A stretch of DNA of 51,635 nt, counting the filler, from Bipalium vagum (taxonomy: Eukaryota), in assembly GCA_037834085.1 (NCBI GenBank). It is 2 parts of 2 records of this genome, joined end to end, with 100 filler letters (N's around TTAATTAATTAA, not from the genome) between each part and the next. Parts side by side here need not be neighbours in the genome. Positions count along the whole stretch, not along the records: positions 1 to 21,935 come from JBBMKC010229194.1; positions 22,036 to 51,635 come from JBBMKC010022481.1. The stretch is one strand, 5' to 3'. The notes under the pieces are model-generated. The model was not told the origin of the DNA, searched no databases, and worked only from the letters and a program-made list of their open reading frames with translations. Each line of letters opens with the position of its first letter. Position 1 is the stretch's first letter. The position numbers and the translations under genes are program-made. Shown here piece by piece: positions 13,601-25,689 of this stretch.

Positions 13601-16469
13601 AAAGACAAAGAACGTTCAGGACAACCAAAGAAGTTCTAGAATGATGACTTACGAGGAATTATCAAAGGAAACCCATGTCAAACCCTTAAAGAAATAGCAC
13701 AGACATTGACATGTTACTTATAAGACACTTATTTTTACAAGGAATTATAACTGGTAATGAAAAATGGGTGTAGTATAAGAATCCCAAGCGCAGAAAATCA
13801 TGGAAAATGAACGTAGAACCATCAACATTGACAGTACAAAGATGGACGAACAGAAGTAAAGTGATGCTATGTATCTGGTGGTACAAAACGGATGTATTGT
13901 ACCTTAAGGTTCTCAAATCATCCGAAACTGTAACTGATGATCGCTCTCAGCAACTACTCAATTTAAGTCGAGCAATAAGTACCAAGAGACCATAACATGG
14001 GCTAAGACACGATCAGATAATTTTGCAACACAATTACGCCAGGTGACATCTTTCGAAGCCAGTTAAAGAAAAATTGAAGACTTTGCTGTGAGGTTTTACC
14101 TCACTAGCCGTATTCATCATACATATGGCCATCTGATTTCCACTTGTTTCAATCCATTCAGCATTCTCATTCTGGACAGGCCTTTAATTCCTATGAATAT
14201 GACAAAAGGATGGATCAATGGATTATTAAAGAGTCAAGATTTCTCTTACCGCATAATCCATTCTTTGCCCGAAAGATGGTCAAAATTTGTAGTTTCCAAC
14301 GGAAAATATTTTGACTGAAAAATGTTTTGTTACTTTTAAATAAAATATTTTATTTTTTCCTAAAAAAACATGTGAATTGATCCCCATACCTGATAATTAT
14401 AAATATTAACATAATAATTTATTTTATCATTAAGGTTTTACTGGTTGCATTTAATTTTTTCAAAATTTAAGATGTAAATTATATAAATTAAAACATCAAA
14501 TATTTTTCAAACAATATTATTGAATGAACCAAAAATTTTCCAAAACTGTACAATATTTTTTCTACATAAAGTTTGTTCGTAATTTTTTAATAAATTTAAT
14601 TTTTTTTAGTTTGACCTTTTCTAATTAAAACTGTCCAAGTACTTTATTGAATACCAGAAAATATTAAAAAAAATAAACAGAAATTAGAGTTAAGCGCCAT
14701 ATAATAATTAATAAACCAGTTCGATTTAAAATAAAAGTTCTATGGTCATTTTCAATTTTTGTGAAATTCACATTTAAACAATTAATCAATAAGTGTGTGA
14801 ATTTTTTTAATATGCTGTGAAAATATTTATTTCATTTATAATAATAGTAATTCTTTCTAAAATTTTCTATTTCTTTATCTAGAAAAAAAATCTTAAAATA
14901 AATAATTTTATTATTAAATTAAATTATATTAAATTCATTCATATTATTAACAGATTATTGATCCTTGTGTAACTCATGATAACATCTTTGATAACAAAAT
15001 TGGTGACAAAATTCCCATTCCTCCGGATCACGTTTTAGAAATGGGTCACTTAAATGCAAATCAAAACAAATTTCTCATTCTATTTTTTGACAAAAAACGT
15101 ACATGGCACTGGATGGAGAAAGAAAAATTAGAACCACTCGGATTGAAAGAAGATATCGATAAAAAGATTTTTACGTTGACAAGCAAGTCCAGAAAAAGAA
15201 AATTGGTAATTAAATAAGTGTTAATTTAAATCATTTTTTTATATTTTATTGAATATTTTTGAAATATTTCAATCATAAAACATTATATCAAAATTATCAA
15301 TTTTAATGTAAGCATTATGTTGATATTTAGTTCAATGAATATTACCAGTATCATAATTTCCCGAGCACTTCATAATGAAAAGAGGAAAAATTAAGTAATT
15401 AATAACCGATATCGATTATAAAATTGGTCAAAAAAAATATAAAAGGAAATAAATAGAGATTGATTTTAACAAATTTCAATTATATTACATTGTATTGAAA
15501 TTTATTTCCTAATATTTTTTCATTTAAATTAACTTTAGATCTTTTATACTGTTTGAAAACTGAATTCTTTAATTTTTCTTAAAATTAAATATACATAACA
15601 ATTAGTTTAACATAAACCAATAATTATATATTACATATTATATATAATTAAGAAATTCATAAAGAATTACATAAATGGTAATAAAAACCTACGAACATGG
15701 GTATTCACGGTATTCTTGAACGCAAAATGAATTTTTTTAAAACAATACGTAACCATTACAGGAAGACAATACAGAAAACAAATTATGAAATTAAGCAAAG
15801 AAATTGAGAAAGGAGAGGAAAAGGTGTGTCGATAAACATTCATCTTATTATGGGATAATAGAAGACTTTATGTTGGTAAATCTACCAATGAATTTCTAAA
15901 ACAATTGAAATTGGAAGTTTTCTGGTACTTTTTGTTTTCCCCTAATCTTATCCCACCGATCATTGAAACGTACAGTAATTGAAAAACACCAGTGAGAAGA
16001 AAAACTTCTAAGAGGAAATTTTTCATTCTGTCTAAAAAATGGTGAAAGGTGCAAATGGGAATTATTTTGGTCTATGATATTTCTTGTAGTTCGTTTTTCA
16101 TTCGCTTGAAAGTTATAATAAACATCGAGAACTTTCGCAAATCTCTAATACATGGAATAACTGTTGTAAATTTTTTAGTTTCATGAGTTTTTAGATGTAC
16201 ATTTTGATATTCAAACTAAAGGACTTTCTGGACAAATAATAATAATAAATAAATAAATTAAAATAATAAATAATATTAGTAGTAATAAAGATAATAATTA
16301 ATAATAGCAAGTTAATGCTATAAAGTTTTTCTTTAAATTTCAGGTTCAAAATGCATACAAAGCAGCCATTAAACATTTGCACCCTGTCAATAGAGAAGTT
16401 CGAACATACAATAATTGCGACGTGGGAAATGATGAAAGTTTCTTCTTTCCGAAAATATCCAGATCATGA
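1626..16469 (+). CDS. BRPF1: BRPF1/BRD1 (peregrin)-like protein: C2H2 finger, EPC-like region, PHD-knuckle-PHD, bromodomain, PWWP
   Basis: Phase-consistent GT-AG exons: 1626-1737, 1788-2479, 2989-3288, 4743-4978, 5042-5252, 5708-5869, 5932-6081, 6492-6704, 6752-6988, 8890-9034, 9096-9222, 12048(or 12045)-12327, 12385-12621, 14954-15205, 16344-16469 (TGA). Motifs: [24 protein letters not shown]; EYDLDEEDLIWL; [32 protein letters not shown]; [12 protein letters not shown]; [20 protein letters not shown]; [10 protein letters not shown]; IFAEPV..PMDF..NCQRYN; [14 protein letters not shown]; [13 protein letters not shown]. Confidence 0.95.
9468..10738 (-). mobile_element. Degenerate mariner transposon in a BRPF1 intron
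   Basis: Inverted ends AGTGTAGGCATAAGTTT (9472-9488) and AAACTTATGCCTACACCTAATA (10718-10738); ORF 10160-10540 has a mariner HTH ([18 protein letters not shown]); [11 protein letters not shown] remnant near 9740-9775; frameshifted. Confidence 0.9.
12895..12965 (+). mobile_element. Short mariner transposase fragment
   Basis: Translates [16 protein letters not shown], matching the mariner WEVL.HPPYSPDLAP motif. Confidence 0.6.
13257..14396 (+). mobile_element. Degenerate mariner transposon
   Basis: Starts TATTAGGT and ends ATACCTGATA; remnants [56 protein letters not shown]; multiple stops. Confidence 0.88.
15620..16150 (+). mobile_element. Highly decayed, internally deleted mariner relic
   Basis: Remnants resembling W.(P)H.L, LKLEVF...SPNLIPP and KW.KVQM; boundaries approximate. 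Confidence 0.4.
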
Positions 16470-17659
16470 TTATCAGGCTTTGTCACACTCAACGCCGAAG
16501 AAGATGTAACTGAATTAAAGAATTGCATTTATGTGTTACATATTTAAATATTTATTTTCCAAAATATTCTTTGACAAATAAAATTAATGAGATTTTTATA
16601 TTTAATTTTACTGTTTGGTGTTTAGGTTGCGGTTTGTAATAATGTAATACTAATGGTTATAAAAATGCCAGAATTATTTAGTGTTATATTCAGCTTTTAA
16701 AGAGAAAATTTAAACGAAATACTTTTAATTAATTGTTATTCTAAAATATAAACTTATGAAGAAATAAAATTTACATTATTTTTATTATTTGAAAAGGTAA
16801 TATTTGAAGTATTAACACCAGAAGATTTGAAATCTAGAAGTTTATTTTTCGTCTCAAATCGATATTTTTAATTAAGTTGAAATGAATTTTTACTTTCTTT
16901 TAAATTTATTGATTTAATTTTAATATATAAATTTAATTTTTAAAATATTTATATTTAAATTTTATTATATTTAATTACTTTCTAATATATAATTATATTT
17001 AAGATTATAATATTTTAAAATAGGATTTTGTTTAACCGCAATTAAATTAAAATTTTATAGTTGAATATCTCCCTAAGGTCCACAAATTATTTCTCAGTTT
17101 TTAATATGAAATGTAATGTTATTCTTTTTTCTAGACTAAATTTATTATTCTGAAGTAATTATAGATGGTTCAATATAAAAATAAAATTCAAATTAAATAA
17201 ATTATTGTCTTTTGATTAATGTTATTATTACTGATAAACAACTGACCTTGAATCGAATAATATTTAGATTTTACAAACTATTTAATTTTTGTGAAAATTC
17301 AAGAATTAACATTTACCTTTGAGAAATTTTCTCAGAAACTTGAAAGATGATTAGAAAATTTTTACAAAAATGTCAACTTTGTATTAAAATCTCACGGGTA
17401 ATTAGCGCAGAGATAATAATAATCAAGTCAAAGTGAATATTAGATTAAAAATGTACGGAAAAAGAAGGAAGATTATTTTAAATAATGGTAAACGCACAAA
17501 AAATTATGAAAAATGTTTAAGAAAATTTTTTAGGTTAAATTATGTTATCAATTCTCAGTACTTAGTAAGTTAGGATCTTGCACAGAAAGAAACGAAGATG
17601 GATTTTTTCATAGGATCTACAGAAATTTTTGTTTAAATTTTCGAAAATAGAAAGTATTT

Positions 17660-17830
17660 TATTCTTTTCTTTTTATTTCAAGAATTTGCTTAAATTCCGA
17701 TTTAACTTTACAATATACAACTTTTACAACTCCACCAGCTGCACCAATAATTGGAATTGATGGATTTATAAATTTTTCTAGGTAAATAGTTTTACGCATG
17801 TTTGTCTTTGAAATTTCATTTTTTGAGTTA
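17660..17830 (-). pseudogene. Possible Polinton core-protein (pX/pVII-like) remnant
   Basis: Translates PSIPIIGAAGGVVKVV, similar in character to the GG-hydrophobic ORF at 51026-51307. Confidence 0.35.
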
Positions 17831-18029
17831 GAATAAAATTGAAAAAGTGAAACGCTAAAATAGTATACCGTTTCCGTTTTAATTTAATTTTTTTAATTTT
17901 AATTAAATTTAATTCATTGTATTTTAAAATTTATTAATTTAATTAAATAATTTTTAAATTTAAACCCTAGCCTTTAAAAGATTTTTAAAAATAAATATTT
18001 AATTTTATTCATTTTATAAAATATTTAGA

Positions 18030-18760
18030 TCGTTGCAACTCATTTTTAAAAAATCTCCATAATATTTTTTCATCATTTAAATCTGTAATATCGTAAACTA
18101 TTGGATTTGTATAATAAATTTCACTTATAATAAATATTTCCTCTGTCCATTTTATTGTGTAGCCCTTTCAAAGTTATTTTTATATTTAAAGATTGGTCAC
18201 CAACATATTTTAGTTTAGAAGTTAAAGAATAATTTAATTTATGAATTTTTTTCTCAATCTTCAAATTTTGAGAATTGGACGAAGATATTAACAACTTCTT
18301 TGGGTTCTTACTTGCCTCGAAAAGAAATACCAATTGAGAAATGTGATCGATTATTATAAATATTTATTAAATTTGGTAAAAAAATGAATCATTTTCTGTT
18401 ACTTTGTTCTGTAAATTTTTTAAACATCATATTCTTCAAAGTTTTATCAAATCTACTGCTTTTCCTTCGTATTCTGTGAATAACTTTCTGTTTCATTATC
18501 ATCACAAAAATCTTCGAATGTTTTATTGTAAAATTCAGTACCTTTATCAACCCAAAGTCTTTTATGTTTTCTTTGGTAGTCTCCAAATATTTCATCAAAT
18601 GCATCTGTTATTGTTCTGTTTTATTTTTAAAGGAACAGCAAAAGCGTATCTTGTGTATAAATCAATTACTGTTAAAATTATGTTATAATCTTTTCCTCGT
18701 GAAACAAAAGTTAAATCTGATGACCAAATATCATCTTTATTTAAAACTTTATCTCTAAGA
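18030..18760 (-). pseudogene. Polinton-type retroviral-like (rve) integrase, frameshifted
   Basis: Minus strand reads KDDIWSSDLTFV..ILTVIDLYTRYAFAVPLK..RLWVDKGTEFYNKTF..RFDKTLKNMMFKKFT..NIYNNRSH.SIG..WTEEIF..ELQ across frameshifts. Confidence 0.88.
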
Positions 18761-19310
18761 CATTTTTTAGGTTTTCTAAATTCTTTATGAAGTTTTTGCT
18801 ATTTATTTTATTTTCTGATTTTAATTCTTCTTTGCCATCAAATAGTTTTTCATTGGCAATATTTTTTGCAACTCTTGGTAAACCCTGACCAAATAAAACT
18901 TTACCTTTCATAATTAATTTTACACTAGCTCTTTCTAGTTCCTCTCTTCGTGTTGGATTTTGAATATTATGCATTTCATGTATCATTTCAACATCAGCAA
19001 CATGTCTATTATTTAAATCTTCTGAAATATATTTTACTGATGTTTCATTGGTGCTTGATCAATTCTTTTAATTGGAATTAAATCAGATTTTGGAATTGGT
19101 GGAATATTTAGTTTTCCAGTTTCATTGTAATGATCTATTATTTCCTTATAGTTTTCTAATCTTTTATCAATATGGGAATCATTTCTCTTATTTAAAGGGT
19201 TTAAAGATTTTCAAAGTAATTCTCATGGGTATTTTCCTGTTGTAAATTTATTAAAAAAATTATTATTTCTTATTTGAGATTGCAAATCTCCGCCAACTTT
19301 GGGAAAAAAT
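18741..19310 (-). pseudogene. Parvovirus VP1u-type phospholipase A2-like protein, disrupted
   Basis: GGDLQ..KYP..; PIKRIDQAPMKH/(frameshift)KYISEDLNNRHVADVEMIHEM..ERASVKLIMKGKVLFGQG follows the viral PLA2 pattern D.AA..HD..Y...R..AD. Confidence 0.72.
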
Positions 19311-19626
19311 GATATATTTCTTTTCTTTATTTACATTAATACTGTTTGTACTAGCACATTTAGTTCTTTTTAAACAACGCTTCTTTGTTTTTTCATGTTA
19401 AGCTTTATTATATTTAGATATATTTTTATTACAAAGTTAAAAATAATATTATTCAAATAATTTTTAAAATAAAAACTATAGATTATGCATAACATTAAAT
19501 ATTGAATTTTCATTACCATTTTAATGTTTTTTATAGATGCAAAAATAGTTGTTTTTTTATTTAAAAAATTCCTATTGAAAAAGTTTGGTCTAGATTCTTT
19601 CAATTGATTCATTATTAGGTAATTCA

Positions 19627-20012
19627 TTAAATACTATCAAATACTATTTCTATTAAATCAAACAATTCACTCTCATTTTTTGGCTGTCTTACCCTTATCG
19701 AATGTTTCCATTTGGAAAACATATTTTCAATACGGTTAAGGAAAGACGAATAAGGAGGAAGGAATAAGAGTGTATGACTGTATTGCTCAATTTCTTCCCT
19801 AATCATTTTGTGCTTATGGAAGGGCACATTATCCATTACAATAAATGAATTTTCCAATCCCTTGGCCTCGAGTTTAATGAATAGTTCCTTCAAAAATTCT
19901 AAGAAAGAAGAACTTTTAAAAGCCTGAGTTTGAGATGCGTAGTAGATAACACCATCCCGATTCATTGCGGCACAAACCGATATATTCCGCATTCGCAATC
20001 CTGGAACAACAA
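19627..20012 (-). mobile_element. Tc1/IS630-family (DDE_3) transposase C-terminal fragment
   Basis: IVMDNVPFHK and FLPPYSSFLNRIENMFSKWK motifs; 5' truncated. Confidence 0.88.
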
Positions 20013-20651
20013 ATTATGACGATCAGTTTATCTTGATATTTCAAATAAATATTTTAAACTTGTTTTTAATAAATTGTAAAACTAATTTCTTAATTATTAA
20101 AATTCTAATTCATTTTTGTCATTAATTATTTTATATTATATTATATTTATTTTCTTTTACAATTATGAGATAATAAATTTGAAAATTGTGTCTTTAGATT
20201 ATTCATTATGCTTTTTATCACCTTTACAATTTGTAGATCTTATATATTTATATAATTCTAAATTCTGATCTAAATTTTGGGAAACTCTGATTATGATTGC
20301 TAAGTTGGCTGTAATGTTATTTTTATTACATTTACTACATTATTTTGTGCAAGGGGAACTTGAGAACACCGTTTTAGTGAGCCAGTTTGGATGTAATCTT
20401 TTAATTTTTATATTAAAGTGAAATTAATTTATATCTCTTTTCTCTATTGTTAATCTTTAAACAAAAACGGTAATTTTGACGACATCTGCATCTAAAATTG
20501 ACATTTTTTTTAGTGTTGTTACAATTAAAACAATGAGTAAATTATTAAAAAATTAAAAATAAAATTATTTATTAAATTTTATTTAAAATAAATTCATAAA
20601 CGAAAAGTTTTATTAAATGAAACTACACTTATTTAAATAAAAATAAATCTT

Positions 20652-21068
20652 TTATCCCAATCTCAAAAATTGGGATCTTTTGATCATTTCTTGATCACTT
20701 TTCTGAAAATTAGATCCAAGCATCGATCTACCTAAACGCAGAAAATATGATCGTTTTGGTTGAGATTGCTTAGATGTAAGGTCATAAATGCATTGTAATT
20801 TACATGGTACGTTGAAGCATATCTCATTGCAATAAGTCTGTATATAACCAAACACCTTGCTTTCTGAATCAACTGCTTGCCAATCATTCATAATAACTAC
20901 CGCGGACAAAACCATCAATATTGCTGGAAACCTAGAAAGAGAATTCAAAAATAGTTATATTTATTTTTTTGTCTAAATATGACAAATTAATAAAATAATA
21001 ATATTCATTCAGACAATAATTTATAATTACATTACATTTTTAAAAAACCTAGACCTTTCTGTTTTCAT
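20652..21068 (-). CDS. Neuropeptide prohormone yielding SYFLRLamide and SQFLRLamide
   Basis: Main exon 20931-20652 follows a TCTTTCTAG acceptor: hydrophobic FPAILMVLSAVVIM, 4-Cys segment, KR-SYFLRLG-R and KR-SQFLRLG-stop. A phase-compatible micro first exon, ATG 21068 to 21055 or 21049 (MKTER..), is tentative. Confidence 0.88.
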
Positions 21069-21935
21069 TTTAAATAATTATTTTCTAAAATAAAATTTTA
21101 AAAAATTCTCTATTTTACAATTTTTAAAAAGGAAATTATAAAAATTTCATATTTATACAAAATAGGCCAACTGTACAACTTTCATCTAATAATTGAAAAA
21201 TACCCCATAAGTAATTCTATAAAAATTTCATTATAACAAGTTTTGTAACATAAGGTTGGGGTTGTCATTTTGCAATATTATGTTCTCATGCCTGTCAACC
21301 TATTATTATAACTTCACAATTTAGGTGTTTTAGTTCATGTGCCTAGCGATTGCTAGCAACTGTTCCTCCTTGCTTCAGTAGTTCATATTACAGAATATCT
21401 TTTTGCTTTCATTATACACTCAATAAAACTTTCCTTGAAAATTTAGTTTTGCGGTTGATCTTGACAGCTAGCCTGATTCAAATGGTTAAGACTATCAAAA
21501 TAAACAATTTATTATTTCCAGTAACTACATTATATAAAAAATGATTTTCTTTAATTCCTTTCAATAAAAGTTTCTCAAGTGATTTTTTTCTCTGATTGAT
21601 TCTTTATGTTAATTCATTTTTTTCTCCCTGAATCTTTCTGATTTCATAGGTTTGAAATTGCACATTGAATTACATTTAGTGAAGTAATCTATTCTTCATA
21701 CTTTGTCTTCATACAATAATATTTGTAGTTCATAAAATATTTTTGACAGTTTTCCATAAAGCTTGTTATTCACATCAAATATATCTGGTTTTAAATACAG
21801 GGTTGCCACTAAAAGACTTACCAATTTAAAATTGATCTGAAATTGAAAATATAAATGATTTTTTAAAATTTTTTTTAGATAATATAAAGCATTTCTTGGA
21901 ATTTAAATGAATGTTTATAATATTCCACACCGAGT

Positions 21936-22035
21936 NNNNNNNNNNNNNNNNNNNNNNNNNNNNNNNNNNNNNNNNNNNNTTAATTAATTAANNNNNNNNN
22001 NNNNNNNNNNNNNNNNNNNNNNNNNNNNNNNNNNN
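21936..22035. other. Assembly gap with artificial all-frame-stop spacer
   Basis: 44 N + TTAATTAATTAA (21980-21991) + 44 N, 100 bp in total. Confidence 0.95.
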
Positions 22036-22198
22036 CCGGATTTTTATCGAATCGGGATAAATAAGCTTGTCACTCGTTGGGAGAAGTGTGTACAGTCTGG
22101 CGGATTCTATTTAGATAAATAAAACTTTGTTTAAACTGTCATGTGTTCCTTTAAAGTTAGATCTTAAAAACCGCCATTTATTTCTTTACAACCTAATA
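22036..22198 (+). mobile_element. 3' end of a mariner element abutting the gap
   Basis: FYRIGINKLVTRWEKCVQSGGFYLD is a mariner C-terminus; ends TTTACAACCTAATA. Confidence 0.8.
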
Positions 22199-24204
22199 CA
22201 ACTACCTGTGTTTGAATAAATATATTTTATGTTGATTTTTCACTTTGTAAAACTTGTTTAAAAAACGTGGATTTTTAAAAACCTTATTTTATTTAGGACG
22301 TTTTTGTGGTTCTCTCGGTATTCTGGCATAAAAGGATAGTTTAAAGAATTAAAATTTAAATTACAAAATCAGTATAAAGATAATATAATTTTCATATAAA
22401 AAATAAATATTAATTTATCTCGATAATGTCTAACCCAAGCAATGTATTATCTAATATTTTTACTGTAAGGCATAATTGTTTCAATGTGAAACCTTGATTT
22501 AATTTTTATAAATGGTGTCGAAAGATAAAACTTCAGATATAAGAGATTATTTAAGTTCGGTTAAAGAAAAAAATTTTTATTATTATTATTGCTATAGACT
22601 AAAAACTAAGGGGGATATTTACTGTGAAACTTATTAGAATGTTTATAAATATGATTGTGAGTGTTATTAAATCTGAATCATGTATTTATATTGTCTTTTT
22701 GAATTCGTTATTTCAGTTCTGTATTCGATTAAAGCAATCATGATAAAATTGAGATATTGGTTTTTCAAATTATCTTTTAATTACCATGTAAAATTTTTTC
22801 TATTGTTTTATTTCTCTTAAGTTTAAGTTAGGAATTTTAAATTACCAAGTTTTTTATTATTTTTTGTGGTTCACATTTTTCGAATAATATTAGAATTGAT
22901 CATTAAAAATTTAAGGCTAAACCATTTTTTCTTTTCTAGGTCGTGTCTATTTATTCTGTCTTTTCTAAATCATAAATACATTTGAATTATTTATTATATT
23001 ACTTAAAATGATAAAATCTTTTTTTATTTTTCAAACATTATTATTTATCTAATAAAATTTCTGAAATTGATAAATTAATATTTCTTAATTAAAATATAAA
23101 TGAATATCACATCATCTACGATCAATATACGTAATAACAGAATCTTAATTAACTTTTCAAAAATTACCATTTTCTCCTTTCATAAATTAAAGGATTGATA
23201 GTTCTTTCTATCGAGAGAAGAATACGTGAAAATCAAAAACATTTCTTCAATGTCGCTGTAATAAAAATATAGAATTTTATGTGTACAGTCTTTAAGTTTA
23301 TGTTTTCTTCCTATGGTTGATATAAAATAGGAAGGGTTGTTTTTTCTAATTATATAAAAATTTCGAGAAAATCTCCCGAAAAAATTGAGAATATAAAAAA
23401 AATATAATTTTAATATAAAAGATTTTTTTTTCTATAAATATATAATTGATAAATTTGAGTATCGTTTTTCACTATTTGATCAAATTTGTCAATAGAGTAA
23501 CACAATGTTCTTTTTTCTATCTTTTTGTCTGTCTTAGACAAGATTTTTTTATTTACTACAAAAAGATGAATGGAATTTTAATTTATCAATTTTATAAAAA
23601 AAATTTCTATCTTTTATGTAAAAGGTAATAATAGTTGGTTTTAGTTTAAAAATATTACTAAATAATGATAAATAGTAATGTTTATTTTACAACTATTAAT
23701 TAATTTATAAATGAGAAGATTTATTTTTTCATATATTATAAGACTTGTTAAGACATAAATTTAGTAAGCTGATTACAGCTTAGGTCCAATTATTATTATT
23801 ATTTTGAACTCTTATTTCTATTTTAAGTTTTAGAAAAAACAAAAGAACTGGGATTTTACACTGTCTATCTTTTTAACTCTTGTCTGATTTTTTTATAGAA
23901 GTTAATTTAATTTAGTCTTAGATTTTCCTTACATTTCATATTTTTATAAAACTCATTAGAAATTAAAATCTACACTTTCTATTATTTATTATTATTATTA
24001 TATTTTCTTGCTAATTCAGAGATTCAAAATCACTATTTTACGATAAAAGAAACTCAATGAACTCTAGTGAAAATTGCACGCGCTTTTTAACATAAAAATC
24101 TTTTGGACTTTTACTCTTTTTCATAAAAATATTGCTTATTTAAGATCGAGAATTATCAAATTTAGAAGCGCAAATTTATATTCTGTAAAATAGTTGTCAC
24201 TTCT

Positions 24205-25208
24205 TACGAGAGTTGTTCACAAAGTAATAAGAACTCACTTATCAAAATTTAATAATACTTAACACAATTAAACCAGCTGTTACATTTTTTCAAAGTAGTC
24301 CCTAGCAAAATTTATACACTTTTTCAAATGATCTTTCCATTGTTCGTAGCAAGAAACAAAGTTTTCTTTACTAGTATGGTTGTTCCAAGCTGACTTCGAC
24401 TTTATTATTATTCCTTGATTTTCCAAGAAATCCATCACAACGTGTGATTCAAAATGAAAGCGAAGCAAATTATTTGGATATTTTTTGGCGAGGATGGTCT
24501 TTTTCAGCAATCCAATCCATATTTTACTGATTTCTTTTGACTTGAAAGTAGTGCATCCAGTATGTTACCCTTGAATATTCACAAATGACTGAACAATGAT
24601 CAATAAGTTTTCAATAGATCTTCGGTTTGCAAGACATTTGCCAAAGGTGGTACTCATCAGAAACAAAGATTCTTGACCCCGTAATTAACTGTCCAATATT
24701 TCCTAGATTCTTACAGTTCAAATGCTAATTATGTTTTAAATATTACGGGTGGTAATAAAAAAATCCCCAATGATAGTTGTCTTGATATTCCTGGCATTTT
24801 CAGGTTTTACCTAGGTGAAAGGACAACCTGAATGCGAGTTGTCTCTAATGCCCTATCACACTTCTCGAAAACGCTTAATCTATAAGGCTATTGTGACATG
24901 TGGTGAGAAACTATCCACACTAATAGCAAAAAGATCATTATAAATACCTCTTGTCGACAGATAAAAAAGGCGAGATATCATGTAGCTTCGCCACTCAATT
25001 TCCAATCTTCCCTTTTTCAATCATTTAATCAAAACAGGTTATCTAAAACTTCATAAACAATCAACTATACAACATGTAACTGTCGAAAATATCTTAAAAC
25101 TGTAAATAGATTGTGTGTAAACAGAATAATAATGATGCATTATTAATTTATTAAAATATAATCATTGCGGATGTTCTATTTTTAAAAACTTTTCATATAA
25201 CCCTCATA
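24205..25208 (-). mobile_element. Degenerate mariner transposon
   Basis: Ends TACGAGAGTTGTTCA and TATAACCCTCATA; ORF 24280-24510 ends CYEQWKDHLKKCINFARDYFEK; ITG..SLFL remnant. Confidence 0.7.
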
Positions 25209-25571
25209 TTTATTATTTTATGATTTATGATGAGATTTTTCACAGAATGTCCGAGAATTATTTTTGTTCTATTAAAATATCTATTCGACACAGTGTGAAC
25301 ATTGAGAGAAATCTAAATCAAAACAGATCTTAGATACTTTACCAAACAGTTCAATTTTTAATCTCATATTTTATAATTCTAGAGTCATATAAGAAAATAT
25401 GTTATCATTAGATAGAAATACCAATAACTAAGAAAAATCAATTTAAATTAAGCTACAAATTAATTAATTAATGATAATTACTTTTATACAATTTAATTAT
25501 AGTAGTTGATTTTTTTAATTTTTAATTCTTCATATTTTAAAAAATATCATTTGAATGATTTTTTTAATAAG

Positions 25572-25572
<1 letters not shown>

Positions 25573-25613
<41 letters not shown>
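25573..25613. repeat. (ATT)n microsatellite
   Basis: Run of about 13 ATT units. Confidence 0.9.
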
Positions 25614-25615
<2 letters not shown>

Positions 25616-25689
25616 ATTCAATCTTGTTTCTGTCTGTTTTTATTATTTTTTGATTTAAAATTATTTTGAAATATGTTTTATCAATTTAG

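Larger units (their letters stand above)
17650..19310 (-). mobile_element. Polinton/adintovirus-like endogenous relic, block 1
   Basis: Intronless co-oriented pseudo-ORFs: PLA2-like, then rve integrase, then a Gly-rich hydrophobic core-like protein. Confidence 0.8.

Noticed and set aside
18030-19310. Programmed frameshifting or an alternative genetic code in the viral ORFs
   Set aside because: Disruptions are many and irregular, often in homopolymers; decay or sequencing error is sufficient.
23165-23185. Possible first exon (ATGAAAGGAGAAAATG|gtaatt) for the neuropeptide gene
   Set aside because: Wrong intron phase and lies across the artificial spacer.
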